A stretch of DNA of 64,000 bases from Candidatus Eiseniibacteriota bacterium (GCA_963702435.1 CAVPCR010000003.1:416001-480000), one strand, 5' to 3'. Shown: positions 43,218 to 55,597, counted from the stretch's first letter. A program made the numbers and translations. Notes: generated by a model from the sequence alone, not told the origin.

Positions 43218-43607
43218 TCAACAGCCTCCCTCGGTCGCGGCCTCGGGCGTGGGCGAAGGATCCGCCGGCCGGTGCGTGTCATCTCCCGGCGGGACGGGTC
43301 TCTCAGCCGCATCGCCCGCGCCCGGGCCGCCCGCAGCCGCCGGATCCGGCCGCCCCATCTCCTCCACGAAGTTGAGGCGGAGGTCGGTCAGCCCCTGGCG
43401 GAGAAACCGCTCCTCGTCCCCGTCCAGGTTGCCCTTCGTCTTCTGCTCGAGCATCCCCAGCGTGTCGATGGCATGTCGCGCCAGATCCAGATTCCGCCGC
43501 ACGTCCCCGCTCGCCGGATCCTTGAGCTTGCCGAGCCCGATCCAGGCCGCCAGCCGGTACTCCTCGACGAGCAAGAGGAAGCGACTTCGCGCCTCCTGGT
43601 CCTCCAT
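43218..43607 (-). CDS. DUF1844 domain protein
   Basis: GLGK..DP.SG....NL..AR..ID.L.ML..KTKGNL; GGAGG RBS. Confidence 0.85.
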   Translation of the reverse strand: MEDQEARSRFLLLVEEYRLAAWIGLGKLKDPASGDVRRNLDLARHAIDTLGMLEQKTKGNLDGDEERFLRQGLTDLRLNFVEEMGRPDPAAAGGPGAGDAAERPVPPGDDTHRPADPSPTPEAATEGGC

Positions 43608-43737
43608 GCTTCCTCCTGCCGCGGCCCTTAGGAACCGGCTCCCCCCGGCCAGGATGCCGGCGCCGGGCCGGTTCGCCCCATGGCTCCCTTGGGATCCGCG
43701 GGTCACACCCGGGGATCGCTGCTTTCTCGGACGATCG

Positions 43738-45663
<1,926 letters not shown>

Positions 45664-45736
45664 GCTCTTGCCATCCTTCCTGGAGGACCGGGGCCCTCCT
45701 CCTGTGCTCGGTTCCGTCAAGCCATCTTCGCCTAAG

Positions 45737-45751
45737 GCAAGGTTCGTACCA
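45737..45751 (-). promoter_or_regulatory. sigma54 (-24/-12) promoter of dnaK
   Basis: TGGTACGAACCTTGC; AT-rich IHF-like tract immediately upstream (about 45765-45825). Confidence 0.75.
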
Positions 45752-45890
45752 GTCCAGGCATCACCATAACGTATTGTATATAAATCACTTATGGCCTAGC
45801 TTCGAGCATGGGTTTCAATATGTAACGATGGGCCGAGCATGGCGGGTGCTTCAAGTGGAAACACGGAATCCACGAGACAGCTCCGGCGCC

Positions 45891-46964
45891 CTACCCCCTG
45901 GCGGCGCTGAGCCCGTGCTCCTTCATCTTCCGCCACAGCGTCGTGCGCGAGATCCCGAGCCGTCGAGCGCTGAGCGAGATGTTCCCCTTGAGGTCGGCGA
46001 GCACGCGCGCGATGTGCGCGCGCTCGACATCGGCGAGACTCCAGGCAGCCGGGTAGCCGCGATCGAACCCCTCGCCGCCGGCGATGTCAGCGCCGACCTC
46101 GTCCGCCGCGGCCTCGTCCGCCGCCTCCCGCCGCGGCGGCAGGAGGAAGGAGCCGCGGCCGGCGCTGAATGCGGGAGGCAGGTTCTCGAGCGTGATCGCG
46201 TCGCCCTCGGCCAGCACCACCGCGCGCTGGATGGCGTTCTCGAGCTCGCGCACGTTCCCCGGATAGTCGTGTCGCATGAGAGCGACCTGGGCGTCCGGCG
46301 TGAAGCGATTGACGTCCTTGCCGAGCCCCATGCTCAGGCGCTCCGCGAAGTACGCGGCGAGGATGGGGATGTCCTCCCGCCGCTCGCGAAGCGGCGGAAG
46401 CTCGAGATGGAAGACATTGAGACGGTAGAAGAGGTCCTCCCGGAGCGTGCCCTTGCTCACCGCCGCGAGCGGCTCGCGATTGGTGGCCGCGATCACGCGC
46501 ACGTCGACGCGCCGGATCTCCGCGGATCCGACCGGGCGCACCTCGCCGGTCTCGAGCACGCGCAGGAGGCGCACCTGGAGGTGGGGCGACATTTCGGCCA
46601 CCTCGTCGAGGAAGAGGGTGCCGCCGCCGGCATGCTCGAACAGCCCGCGCCGGTCGCGGTCGGCGCCGGTGAACGCGCCGCGCACATGGCCGAACAGCTC
46701 GCTCTCGATCAGGTGCTCGGGAAATGCGCCGGCATTGACGGCCAGGAAGATCTCGTTCGCGCGGGTGCTGAGCTGGTGGATGGCCCGCGCCACGAGCTCC
46801 TTCCCGGTCCCCGACTCTCCGGTGATGAGGACCGGGGCATCGGTCGGCGCGATCTTCTCGATCAGCTTCAGGATGCGCCGCATGCGCGGCGTCGTCCCGA
46901 TGATGTCCAGCTCGAGCGGCCGGTGCGGGTGGCGGCTCTCGGGATGTCTGATCGTGAAATGCAC
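45891..46964 (-). CDS. sigma54-dependent activator (AAA+ and Fis HTH) without N-terminal sensory domain
   Basis: GESGTGKE, ESELFGH..GAFTGA, LFLDEV, REDLFYRL, PGNVREL, LGISRTTLWRK; GTG start inferred. Confidence 0.9.
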   Translation of the reverse strand: MHFTIRHPESRHPHRPLELDIIGTTPRMRRILKLIEKIAPTDAPVLITGESGTGKELVARAIHQLSTRANEIFLAVNAGAFPEHLIESELFGHVRGAFTGADRDRRGLFEHAGGGTLFLDEVAEMSPHLQVRLLRVLETGEVRPVGSAEIRRVDVRVIAATNREPLAAVSKGTLREDLFYRLNVFHLELPPLRERREDIPILAAYFAERLSMGLGKDVNRFTPDAQVALMRHDYPGNVRELENAIQRAVVLAEGDAITLENLPPAFSAGRGSFLLPPRREAADEAAADEVGADIAGGEGFDRGYPAAWSLADVERAHIARVLADLKGNISLSARRLGISRTTLWRKMKEHGLSAARG

Positions 46965-47186
46965 GGGCAGGATGTTAGGCACGGGCCGGCCGGGGGTCAA
47001 CGCGGCGGCGGACCGCCGGCTGCTCCCGGCCCGGCCTGCCGGACCCGGGGCCGGACCGGGGCCCGTGGGCCGGCCCGCGCGCTCCTCGCGGCCCTCGCGG
47101 CCCTGTCTGCGCGATGCTATGATTCCGGGCTCCCCGCAGACGCCGGTCCGCACCGGCCGGCTGGACCGTTCCGAGGAACCCGCGCC

Positions 47187-48197
47187 GTGATCCACCGTCC
47201 CGAGCCCATCGCCCCGCTCATCGATCAGTTCGGCCGGCGCATCCGTTACCTCCGCGTCTCGGTGACCGACCGCTGCAACCTCCGCTGTTCCTACTGCATG
47301 CCGTCGGGGCCGGAGGAGTGGGAGCCGCTCGCCGATCACCTGACCGCGCTCGAGATCGAGCGCGTGATCCGCGTGGCCGCCCGTCTCGGGGTCGAGCGCG
47401 TGCGCCTGACGGGCGGCGAGCCGCTCCTCCGCCCGGACCTGGTCGATATCGCAGCGCGCGTGGCCGCCGTCCCCGGTATCCAGGACCTCTCGCTGACCAC
47501 GAACGGGGTCTCTCTCGCCCGGCACGCCGCCGCGCTCCGGCGCGCCGGGCTCCATCGCGTCAACGTGAGCCTCGACTCGCTCGACCCCGCCGCGTTCAAG
47601 AACATCACGGGCCGTGACCGGCACCACGAGGTGCTCGCCGGCATCGAGGCAGCGATCGCGGCCGGCCTCCACCCTGTCAAGCTCAACATCGTCCTCCTCC
47701 ACGGCGTCAACGGCGCCGAGATCCTCGACTTCGTGGCCTTCGCGCGCCGGACAGGCGTCAGGATCCGCTTCATCGAGGAAATGCCGATGGGCACGGCCGA
47801 CGCCTGGCGGCCCGATCACTACCTCTCGTGCGACGCGATCCGCCGCGCGATCGAGGCCGTCCATCCGCTCGAGCCCGTGGACGGCGGCACCGGCACCGGA
47901 CCGGCGGAGACCTATCGGATCCGGGGCACCCACACCGAGATCGGCTTCATCACCCCGATCAGCGCCAACTTCTGCCCGGCCTGCAACCGCATGCGCATCA
48001 CGCCGGACGGTTACATCCGCCCGTGCCTGTCGCCGTGCGACGAGCTGGACCTCCGCCACCCGCTCCGCAACGGCGGCGGTGACCCGGCAATCGAGGCGCT
48101 CTTCCGCCGGGCGATGACGATCAAGCCCGAGCGCCACACTTTCCAGTGGCAGGAACCCGTGGTCATGTTCCGCACCATGTCCCAGATCGGCGGCTGA
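47187..48197 (+). CDS. moaA: GTP 3',8-cyclase
   Basis: CNLRCSYC, TGGEPL, FCPACNRMR, C-terminal MSQIGG. Confidence 0.96.
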   Translation: MIHRPEPIAPLIDQFGRRIRYLRVSVTDRCNLRCSYCMPSGPEEWEPLADHLTALEIERVIRVAARLGVERVRLTGGEPLLRPDLVDIAARVAAVPGIQDLSLTTNGVSLARHAAALRRAGLHRVNVSLDSLDPAAFKNITGRDRHHEVLAGIEAAIAAGLHPVKLNIVLLHGVNGAEILDFVAFARRTGVRIRFIEEMPMGTADAWRPDHYLSCDAIRRAIEAVHPLEPVDGGTGTGPAETYRIRGTHTEIGFITPISANFCPACNRMRITPDGYIRPCLSPCDELDLRHPLRNGGGDPAIEALFRRAMTIKPERHTFQWQEPVVMFRTMSQIGG

Positions 48198-48203
48198 AGG
48201 GCC

Positions 48204-48761
48204 GTGATGCCCGCGCAGCCCTCGCCACCACGCAGCGGTGCCCGGCCGGCTCGTCCCGCCACTTTGAACCGGCTGCCTCACCTCACGCGGCGCGGAGAAG
48301 CGCACATGGTGGACGTCGGCGCGAAGGCGGTGACCCGGCGCGAGGCGCGCGCGCGGGCGCGGCTCCTGATGAGCCGCGCAGCAATGGCGGCGCTCGCCGC
48401 CGGCCGGGTCGAGAAGGGGGACGCGCTCGCCGTGGCGCGCCTCGCCGGCATCCAGGCCGCCAAGCGCACCGCCGACTGGATCCCGCTCTGTCACCCGCTG
48501 CCGCTCGAGCACATACAGGTGACGATCGCGCTCGACCGGCGGCGGAACACAGCGACCATCACGAGCGCCGTCGCCGCCACCGCGCGCACGGGCGTCGAGA
48601 TGGAAGCGCTCGTCGCCGCGCTCGCCGCCGCCGCGGCGCTCTACGACATGCTCAAGGCGGTGGACCGGGCCATCGTCATCGAGGAGGTCCTCGTGCTCGA
48701 GAAGCGGGGCGGCAAGAGCGGCACTTTCGTTCACCCGCGCGCCGCCGGCGACGCCCGATGA
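48204..48761 (+). CDS. moaC: cyclic pyranopterin monophosphate synthase
   Basis: MVDVGAK, IPLCHP, TGVEMEAL, YDMLKAVD. Confidence 0.96.
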   Translation: MMPAQPSPPRSGARPARPATLNRLPHLTRRGEAHMVDVGAKAVTRREARARARLLMSRAAMAALAAGRVEKGDALAVARLAGIQAAKRTADWIPLCHPLPLEHIQVTIALDRRRNTATITSAVAATARTGVEMEALVAALAAAAALYDMLKAVDRAIVIEEVLVLEKRGGKSGTFVHPRAAGDAR

Positions 48762-49282
48762 GAATCGCGATCCTCACCGTGTCAGACGGCGTCGCCGCCG
48801 GCACCCGCGTGGACGAGGGCGGCCCGGCCGTGCGCCGGCTGGTCGAGACCGCCGGTCACGAGGTCGTGTCCACCGCCGTCGTTCCCGATGAGCCGCTCGC
48901 CGTGAGCCGCCGCCTCATCGCGGAAGCCGACGCCGGGCGCTGCGAGCTCATCCTGACCACCGGCGGCACCGGCTTCGCGCCGCGCGACGTGACCCCCGAG
49001 GCGACCCGCGCCGTCATCGACCGCGAGGCGCCCGGGATCGCCGAGGCCATGCGTGCCGTGTCCTTCGCGGCGACTCCGCTCGCCGTGCTGTCGCGGGCCG
49101 TGGCCGGGATCCGCGGCCGCGTCCTCATCGTGAACCTGCCGGGGAGCCCACGTGCGGTCGAGGAGTGCTTGCCGCCGATCCTCGTCCCGCTCGCCCACGG
49201 CGTCGATCTCCTCCAGGAGCGCGCGATCGGCCATCCCCGACCGGCCCGGCCCGGCGCGCCGGCGAGGGCCGCCGGTGCCTGA
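48758..49282 (+). CDS. mog: MogA/MoaB family molybdopterin adenylyltransferase
   Basis: LTVSD, TTGGTG..PRDVTPEAT, NLPGSP. Confidence 0.9.
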   Translation: MRIAILTVSDGVAAGTRVDEGGPAVRRLVETAGHEVVSTAVVPDEPLAVSRRLIAEADAGRCELILTTGGTGFAPRDVTPEATRAVIDREAPGIAEAMRAVSFAATPLAVLSRAVAGIRGRVLIVNLPGSPRAVEECLPPILVPLAHGVDLLQERAIGHPRPARPGAPARAAGA

Positions 49283-50513
49283 CTGCGGGCCTCTCGATCT
49301 CATTCCGGTCGCGGACGCGCGCGCGCGCATCGTGGCGCAGGTTCCCGTGCTCACCACCGAGACCGCGGATCTCTCCGCCATCCGCGGCCAGGTCCTTGCC
49401 GAGGACATCCACGCGGGTGAGGACCTCCCGCCCTTCGCCAACTCGGCGATGGACGGGTTTGCGGTGCGCGCCGCCGACGTGGCCGGTGCGAGCGCGGCGC
49501 GGCCGGTCGTGCTGCGGGTCGCGGCTCATCTCCCGGCCGGAGCCGTCGCCGACCACGCGATCGCGCCCGGCGAGGCGGCTCGCATCATGACCGGCGCCAT
49601 GCTGCCGCCGGGAGCGGACGCGGTCATCATGATCGAGGAGACCGACGGCGGCCGCGTCGAGGTGGCGATCCACCGCGCGGCGCGCGCCGGCGAGAACATT
49701 CGACCACAGGGCGAGAGCCTCCGCGCCGGGGAGCTCGCGCTCGAGCGCGGCACGGTCCTCGGACCGCCGCACCTGGGTCTTCTCGCCATGCTCGGACACG
49801 CGCGCACCCGCGTCATCCGCCGGCCGCGGGTCGCGCTCTTCTCGACGGGCGACGAGCTCGTGCCGCCCGACATGTCCCCGGGACCCGGCAAGATCCGCGA
49901 CTCGAACCGCTACGGGCTCTCGGCGCAGGTGGCCGAGTTCGGGGCGATCCCGGTCGACCTGGGACTCGCCGGCGACGATCCGGAGCGGATCCGCGCGCTC
50001 ATCGCGCGCGGGCTCGAGGCCGCCGACTGCCTGGTGACGAGCGGCGGCGTCTCGGTCGGCGACGTGGATCTCACCAAGCGCGTGCTGGCCGAGTTCGGAC
50101 CGATCGAGACCCTGCGCGTGGCGATGAAGCCCGGCATGCCCCAGGCGTTCGGGCTCGCCGGCGGGAAACCGGTGTTCGGGCTCCCCGGGAACCCGGTCTC
50201 ATCGATGGTCGTCTGCGATCAGTTCGTGCGCCCCGCGCTCCGGAAGATGGCCGGGCATGCGGAGCTCTTCCGCCCGCGGGCGTGGGCGGCGGCCGCCGAG
50301 TCTCTCCGGAAGCCCCCCGGGAAGACCCATTTTCTGCGGGCTGTCGTCGAAAACCGCGACGGGCGGCTCACCGCCCGGCTCACCGGGCCGCAGGGCTCGG
50401 GTATCCTCCGCTCGCTCGTCCTCGCCAATGCCCTCGTCATCCTCGAGGCCGAGGTGACCGCGGTTGCCGCCGGCGAGATGGTTCCGGTCGAGCTCCTCGG
50501 CGAGCCGCGCTGA
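49275..50513 (+). CDS. moeA: molybdopterin molybdotransferase
   Basis: SAMDGFA, IMTGA, STGDEL, SGGVSVG, GLPGNPVS. Confidence 0.95.
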   Translation: MPDCGPLDLIPVADARARIVAQVPVLTTETADLSAIRGQVLAEDIHAGEDLPPFANSAMDGFAVRAADVAGASAARPVVLRVAAHLPAGAVADHAIAPGEAARIMTGAMLPPGADAVIMIEETDGGRVEVAIHRAARAGENIRPQGESLRAGELALERGTVLGPPHLGLLAMLGHARTRVIRRPRVALFSTGDELVPPDMSPGPGKIRDSNRYGLSAQVAEFGAIPVDLGLAGDDPERIRALIARGLEAADCLVTSGGVSVGDVDLTKRVLAEFGPIETLRVAMKPGMPQAFGLAGGKPVFGLPGNPVSSMVVCDQFVRPALRKMAGHAELFRPRAWAAAAESLRKPPGKTHFLRAVVENRDGRLTARLTGPQGSGILRSLVLANALVILEAEVTAVAAGEMVPVELLGEPR

Positions 50514-50544
50514 GCAAGTGCTGCCGCCTGCGGCGCAGACCGCC

Positions 50545-52455
50545 TCAGCACATGGCGAGGCCGCAGCTCGGACAGCTCCGGCACCCTTCGCCGTGCACGA
50601 GCGGGCCGTCGCACTCGGGGCAGCGATCGAATCCGGCGCGGAGCGGCGCCAGCGTGAGCTCCTCCTGATGCCCCCCGGCCGGGAGCGCCAGCGCGGCCGC
50701 AAAGTCCCGCTCCTCCCCCGCGATCACCGCCGCCACCGCTTCCCCGCGCTCGAGCACCTGCCCCTCGCGGCTGCCGTCGCGATAGACCGTGATGCCCTTC
50801 AACCCCAGGCGGTAGGCGAGCCGGTAGGCGTCGCGCACGTCGCCCTGGGTGGCGCCGCGCGGGAAGTTGATGGTCTTCGAGACCGCGTTCTCGGTGTGGC
50901 GCTGGAAGGCGGCCTGCATGCGCACGTGCCACTCGGGCGCGATGTCGTAGGCGGTGCGGAAGAGGCGCTGCACCGCGGCCGGAACCGCGGCCAGTCCCTG
51001 CACGCCGCCGGTGCGCGCGATCGTGTGCATGAGCTCGTCGGAGAGGAACCCCCGGGCGGCGGCCAGGCGCAGGAAGGCCGGATGCACGTAGACGAGCTCG
51101 CGCCCGTCGAGCACGCGCTTGACGAAGCTGACGGCGAAGAGCGGCTCGATGCCGGAGGAGCAGTCGGCGATCATGGCCAGGGTCCCGGTGGGCGCGACCG
51201 TCGTCACGGTGGCATTCCGCCGCGGCGGCCCCTCCCGATGGACCGAGGTCGCAAAGGCCGGGAACGGCCCGCGCTCGGCCGCCAGCTCGAAGGTGGCCGC
51301 GACCGCCGCCTCCTGGATGGTCGCCATCACGCGCTCGCCGAGGGCGAGCCCCGCCGCCGAGTCGTAGGCGATGCCGAGCTCGATCAGGAGATCGGCGAAA
51401 CCCATCACGCCGAGGCCGACCTTGCGGTTCCGCTTGACGACCGCGTCGATCTCGGGGAGCGGATAGCGGTTCACATCGATCACGTCGTCGAGGAAGCGGA
51501 CCGCGAGACGTGCGGTCCGCGCGAGCGCCGCCCAGTCGACGTCGCCCCCGCGCGCGAAGCGCGCCACGTTGAGCGAGCCCAGGTTGCACGCCTCGTACGG
51601 GAGGAGCGGCTGCTCGCCGCAGGGATTGGTCGCCTCGATCGGCCCCTGGTCGGGGGTCGGATTGTCGGCGTTGATGCGCTCGAGAAAGACGAGACCGGGA
51701 TCCCCCGTGCGCCAGGCATTGGCGACGATCCGCGCGAAGAGCTCGCACGCGTCCACCATGCCGACCACGGCTCCGTCCCGCGGATCGCGGAGCGGAAAGG
51801 CGCCGCGATCCTCGACCGCCGTCATGAACTCGGCGGTGACGCCCACCGAGAGGTTGAAGTTGGTGAGCTCGCGCGGGTCGTTCTTGGCGTCCACGAACTC
51901 GCGGATGTCCGGATGGTCCACCCGGAGGATGCCCATGTTGGCGCCGCGCCGGGTGCCGCCCTGCTTGATCGCCTCGGTGGCGCCGTTGAACACGCGGAGG
52001 AAGGAGACCGGCCCCGAGGCGACACCGGAGGACGAGCGGACGACGGCGCCGCGCGGCCGCAGCCGGCTCATGGCGAACCCGGTGCCGCCCCCCGACTGGT
52101 GGATCAGGGCCGCGTGCTTCAGGGTCTCGAAGATCCCGGCGAGCGAGTCGGCGACCGGCAGCACGAAGCAGGCCGAGAGCTGGGCGAGCGGCCGCCCGGC
52201 ATTCATGAGGGTCGGGCTGTTGGGCAGGAAGACGCGGCTCGCGAGCATCGCCTCGAACTCGGCGGCGACCTCGTCGGACCGCGCCGCCGGGCCGTGGTTC
52301 GTCTCGGCCGCGGCCACCGCTCGTGCCACGCGGCGCCAGAGGTCCACCGGGGTCTCGACGATCTGCCCCGTGGCGTCGCGCGCCAGATAGCGGCGATCGA
52401 GCACCTCGCGCGCGTTCGAGCTCAGATCGGGGGGGACGGACACGGTCCGGGTCAT
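50545..52455 (-). CDS. nrdJ: class II (adenosylcobalamin) ribonucleotide reductase
   Basis: PNSPTLMNAG, SACFV, TNPCGEQ, APTGT, VSKTIN; C-terminal CPEC...CPSC. Confidence 0.92.
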   Translation of the reverse strand: MTRTVSVPPDLSSNAREVLDRRYLARDATGQIVETPVDLWRRVARAVAAAETNHGPAARSDEVAAEFEAMLASRVFLPNSPTLMNAGRPLAQLSACFVLPVADSLAGIFETLKHAALIHQSGGGTGFAMSRLRPRGAVVRSSSGVASGPVSFLRVFNGATEAIKQGGTRRGANMGILRVDHPDIREFVDAKNDPRELTNFNLSVGVTAEFMTAVEDRGAFPLRDPRDGAVVGMVDACELFARIVANAWRTGDPGLVFLERINADNPTPDQGPIEATNPCGEQPLLPYEACNLGSLNVARFARGGDVDWAALARTARLAVRFLDDVIDVNRYPLPEIDAVVKRNRKVGLGVMGFADLLIELGIAYDSAAGLALGERVMATIQEAAVAATFELAAERGPFPAFATSVHREGPPRRNATVTTVAPTGTLAMIADCSSGIEPLFAVSFVKRVLDGRELVYVHPAFLRLAAARGFLSDELMHTIARTGGVQGLAAVPAAVQRLFRTAYDIAPEWHVRMQAAFQRHTENAVSKTINFPRGATQGDVRDAYRLAYRLGLKGITVYRDGSREGQVLERGEAVAAVIAGEERDFAAALALPAGGHQEELTLAPLRAGFDRCPECDGPLVHGEGCRSCPSCGLAMC

Positions 52456-52513
52456 CTCAAGCCTCCGGGATACGGCCTCCGTTCCGTTCGGTCGTTCTAA
52501 TCATATGTATAGC

Positions 52514-52542
52514 ATACTATCGAGGGCGACCGAGGGAGGCAA
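52514..52542 (-). promoter_or_regulatory. sigma70 promoter of nrdJ
   Basis: TTGCCT-17nt-TAGTAT at the edge of an AT-rich patch. Confidence 0.55.
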
Positions 52543-52589
52543 GAGGAAAGATCGCGGCAGGAGCCCCGCCGACGGGCTCGCCGCCGGTG

Positions 52590-54029
52590 CTAGTAGAGCG
52601 CTCCGGCGCCGAGGGCGGCCAGCCGGTAGAGGAGCGCCGGGAAGATACCCAGGTGGAGCGTCCCATAGCCGGTGGCGAGGATGGCGAGGCCCGGGGCGAG
52701 GCCCGCGCGGGCCCCGCGCGCCCACGCGACATCGGGTTCCTTCAGGAAGAGGGCGACGACCACGCGGAGGTAGTACGCCGCCCCGATCACCGAGTTGAGG
52801 AGCGCGATCACGGCGAGCCCGGTCATGTCGGCGCGGATCGCGGCGCCGAAGACGTAGAACTTGCCCATGAAGCCGGCGGTCGGCGGGATGCCCGCCAGCG
52901 AGAACATGAAGAGCGCGAGCGCAGTCGCGAGGAGCGGGCGCTCGACGGCGAGTCCCGCGTAGTCGTCGATCTCGGTCCCCTTCCCCTCGCGCTCGAAGAC
53001 GGCGATGACGGCGAAGGCGCCGAGGTTCATGAGCGCATAGGCGACCAGGTAGAAGAGGATCCCCGACACCCCGATCTCGTCCCCGGCAGCGACTCCGACC
53101 AGGAGGTATCCGGCGTGGGCGATCGAGGAGTAGGCGAGCAGCCGCTTCAGGCTCTTCTGCACGACGGCGAGCACGTTCCCAACGGTCATGGTGAGGATGG
53201 CGAGCGCCGCCCACAGCGATTGCCACTCGGCGGCGAGCGGGAAGAGCCCCACCTCGAACACGCGGAGGAGCGCGGCGAAGGCGCCGGCCTTGGGCACGAC
53301 CGCCATGAAGGCGGTGATGATGGTGGGGGCGCCTTCATAGACATCGGGCGTCCACATGTGGAAGGGCACCGCCGCGATCTTGAACCCGAGCCCGACCACG
53401 ATGAGGGCCATGCCGGCGTAGACGAGCGTGCCGCTCGCGGTCCCGAGCTGGAGAACGACCGCCATGTCGTGGAGGTTGGTGGTCCCCGTCGCTCCATAGA
53501 GGAGTGCGATCCCGTAGAGGAGGAAGGCCGAGGCGAAGGCGCCGAGGAGGAGGTACTTGAGGCACGACTCCTCGGCCGGGCGGTCGCGCCGGTAGCCGGC
53601 GAGCACGTAGAGCGCGATCGAGTGCACCTCGAGCCCGAGGAAGACGATGAGGAAGTCGTCGGCCGCGGCCATGAGGAGCGCTCCGAGTCCCGAGAACAGG
53701 ATGAGCGAGTAGAACTCGCCCGCATGCAGGCGGAACCGGCGCGCGTAGTCGGGCGCCATCAGGAAGACCCCGGCGAGCGCCGCCAGGATGAGCCCGCGCA
53801 TGAACTGGGTGAAGTGATCGATCGCGAGCATCCCCGCGCCGAACGGTTCGCCGAGCGGGCTGCTCCGCACCATGAGCGCCGCGGACCCCGCGATCGTCAC
53901 GAGCGAGAGGACCCACGCCGCCTGTCCGTGCCGGCTCCGCGCGTCGACGAGGAGGACGAGCATCGCCCCGATCGCGAGCAGGATCTCCGGGAGCAGGAGA
54001 CCGAGGGAGAGGCTCGGCATCTCGATCAT
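52590..54029 (-). CDS. nuoN: NADH-quinone oxidoreductase subunit N
   Basis: FKIAAVPFHMWTPDVYEGAP, KRLLAYSSIAH, SLAGIPP. Confidence 0.96.
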   Translation of the reverse strand: MIEMPSLSLGLLLPEILLAIGAMLVLLVDARSRHGQAAWVLSLVTIAGSAALMVRSSPLGEPFGAGMLAIDHFTQFMRGLILAALAGVFLMAPDYARRFRLHAGEFYSLILFSGLGALLMAAADDFLIVFLGLEVHSIALYVLAGYRRDRPAEESCLKYLLLGAFASAFLLYGIALLYGATGTTNLHDMAVVLQLGTASGTLVYAGMALIVVGLGFKIAAVPFHMWTPDVYEGAPTIITAFMAVVPKAGAFAALLRVFEVGLFPLAAEWQSLWAALAILTMTVGNVLAVVQKSLKRLLAYSSIAHAGYLLVGVAAGDEIGVSGILFYLVAYALMNLGAFAVIAVFEREGKGTEIDDYAGLAVERPLLATALALFMFSLAGIPPTAGFMGKFYVFGAAIRADMTGLAVIALLNSVIGAAYYLRVVVALFLKEPDVAWARGARAGLAPGLAILATGYGTLHLGIFPALLYRLAALGAGALY

Positions 54030-55597
54030 CGGTCACCTCCGGACCCGGCGGGCGCCGGGACCGTGAAGAGGCCTGCCGCGGCGACCGCGTCGGTCCCGCC
54101 GTCGTGCGCCTCGAGCTCGACGCGGCGGGCGCTCATCTCGAGGAGCAGCCTCTCCACCGCGGCCTCGGCCGGCCGCGTGAAGAAGTGCGGCTTGAACCCG
54201 ATGGCGAAGACGAGGAGGAGGAGCGGCACCAGCGAAGCGATCTCGCGCCGGTTGAGATCGACGAGCCCGCGGGCGGCGCCCGCCACCTCGCCCCAGATCA
54301 CCTTCCGCACCATGACCAGCATGTACACGGCGCCGAGCACCACCCCGGTCGCGCCGAGGACTCCGTAGAGCGGCCGGTCGCGGAAGGCGCCGAAGAGAAT
54401 CAGGAACTCGCCAGCGAATCCGTTCGTGCTCGGGAGCCCGATCGACGCCAGCACGAACACCATGGTGATCGCCGAGAAGACAGGCATCGTGCGGCCGACG
54501 CCGCCGAAGTCGGCGATCATCCGGGTGTGCGCGCGGTCGTAGATCATGCCGACGAGGAGGAAGAGCGCCCCCGTGTTGATGCCGTGGTTCACCATCTGCA
54601 GGAGGCCGCCGACGAGCCCCTCGGGGTTCATGGCGAACAGCCCGAGCACGACGAAGCCGAGGTGCGAGACGCTCGAGTAGGCGACGAGCTTCTTCAAGTC
54701 CGACTGCGCCAGGGCCATGAACGCCCCGTAGATGATGCCGGCGATGGCGAGCCCGGCGAAGAGCGGCGAGAACTCGAGGCTCGCCCGCGGGAAGAGCGGC
54801 AGGCAGAAGCGCAGGAAGCCGTAGGTGCCCATCTTGAGGAGCACCCCGGCCAGGATCACCGAACCGCCGGTCGGGGCCTCGACGTGGGCGTCCGGGAGCC
54901 AGGTGTGGAAGGGCAGGAGCGGCACCTTGATGGCGAAGGCGACGGCGAAGGCGAGGAAGAGCCAGCGCTCGAGCCCGGCGCCGACCAGGACCGAGCGCAC
55001 CGCCGCGTAGTCGAAGCTCGTCTGACCGGTCGCGCGGGCGCCGAGGAAGACGAGGACCAGGATGGCGGCCAGCATCAGCACGCTCCCCGCCATCGTGTAG
55101 AGGAAGAACTTGAGCGCGGCGTAGACGCGCCGGCCGCCGCCCCAGATCCCGATCAGGAAGTACATCGGGATCAGCATCGCCTCCCAGAAGACATAGAAGA
55201 GGAGCAGGTCCTGGGCGATGAAGACCCCGATCATGGCCGCTTCGAGGATCAGGAAGAAAGCGAGGAAGCTCCGGAGCCGGGTCTTGATCGACCAGCTCGA
55301 GCCGAGGATGGCGAGGGGGGTCAGGAAGGTGGTGAGGAGGACGAGGAGGAGGCTCAGACCGTCGATCCCCACGTGGTAGGTCGCGCCGACCGACGCGATC
55401 CAGGGAACCTGCTCCTCGAACTGCATGGCGGCGCTCGCCGCATCGAACCCCGTCCACAGGGCGAGCGACACCGCGAACGCGGCGAGCGCGCCGAGAAGGG
55501 CGAGCGCGCGCTGGAGGCCGGCGGCGCCGGCCGGGATCAGCAGGATGAGCACCCCGGTCAGGGCCGGAATGGCGATCGTCGTGCTCAGGAGACCCAT
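54026..55597 (-). CDS. nuoM: NADH-quinone oxidoreductase subunit M
   Basis: FYVFWE, PFHTWLPDAHVEAP, KKLVAYSSVSH. Confidence 0.96.
   Translation of the reverse strand: MGLLSTTIAIPALTGVLILLIPAGAAGLQRALALLGALAAFAVSLALWTGFDAASAAMQFEEQVPWIASVGATYHVGIDGLSLLLVLLTTFLTPLAILGSSWSIKTRLRSFLAFFLILEAAMIGVFIAQDLLLFYVFWEAMLIPMYFLIGIWGGGRRVYAALKFFLYTMAGSVLMLAAILVLVFLGARATGQTSFDYAAVRSVLVGAGLERWLFLAFAVAFAIKVPLLPFHTWLPDAHVEAPTGGSVILAGVLLKMGTYGFLRFCLPLFPRASLEFSPLFAGLAIAGIIYGAFMALAQSDLKKLVAYSSVSHLGFVVLGLFAMNPEGLVGGLLQMVNHGINTGALFLLVGMIYDRAHTRMIADFGGVGRTMPVFSAITMVFVLASIGLPSTNGFAGEFLILFGAFRDRPLYGVLGATGVVLGAVYMLVMVRKVIWGEVAGAARGLVDLNRREIASLVPLLLLVFAIGFKPHFFTRPAEAAVERLLLEMSARRVELEAHDGGTDAVAAAGLFTVPAPAGSGGDR

Noticed and set aside
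45774..48734. Long overlapping MoaA (807 aa) and activator (947 aa) ORFs
   Set aside because: Each extension is the antisense shadow of the other divergent gene
52498..52520. NrdR box upstream of nrdJ
   Set aside because: AT-rich and partly palindromic, but the spacing does not fit the consensus; better explained as the promoter -10 region
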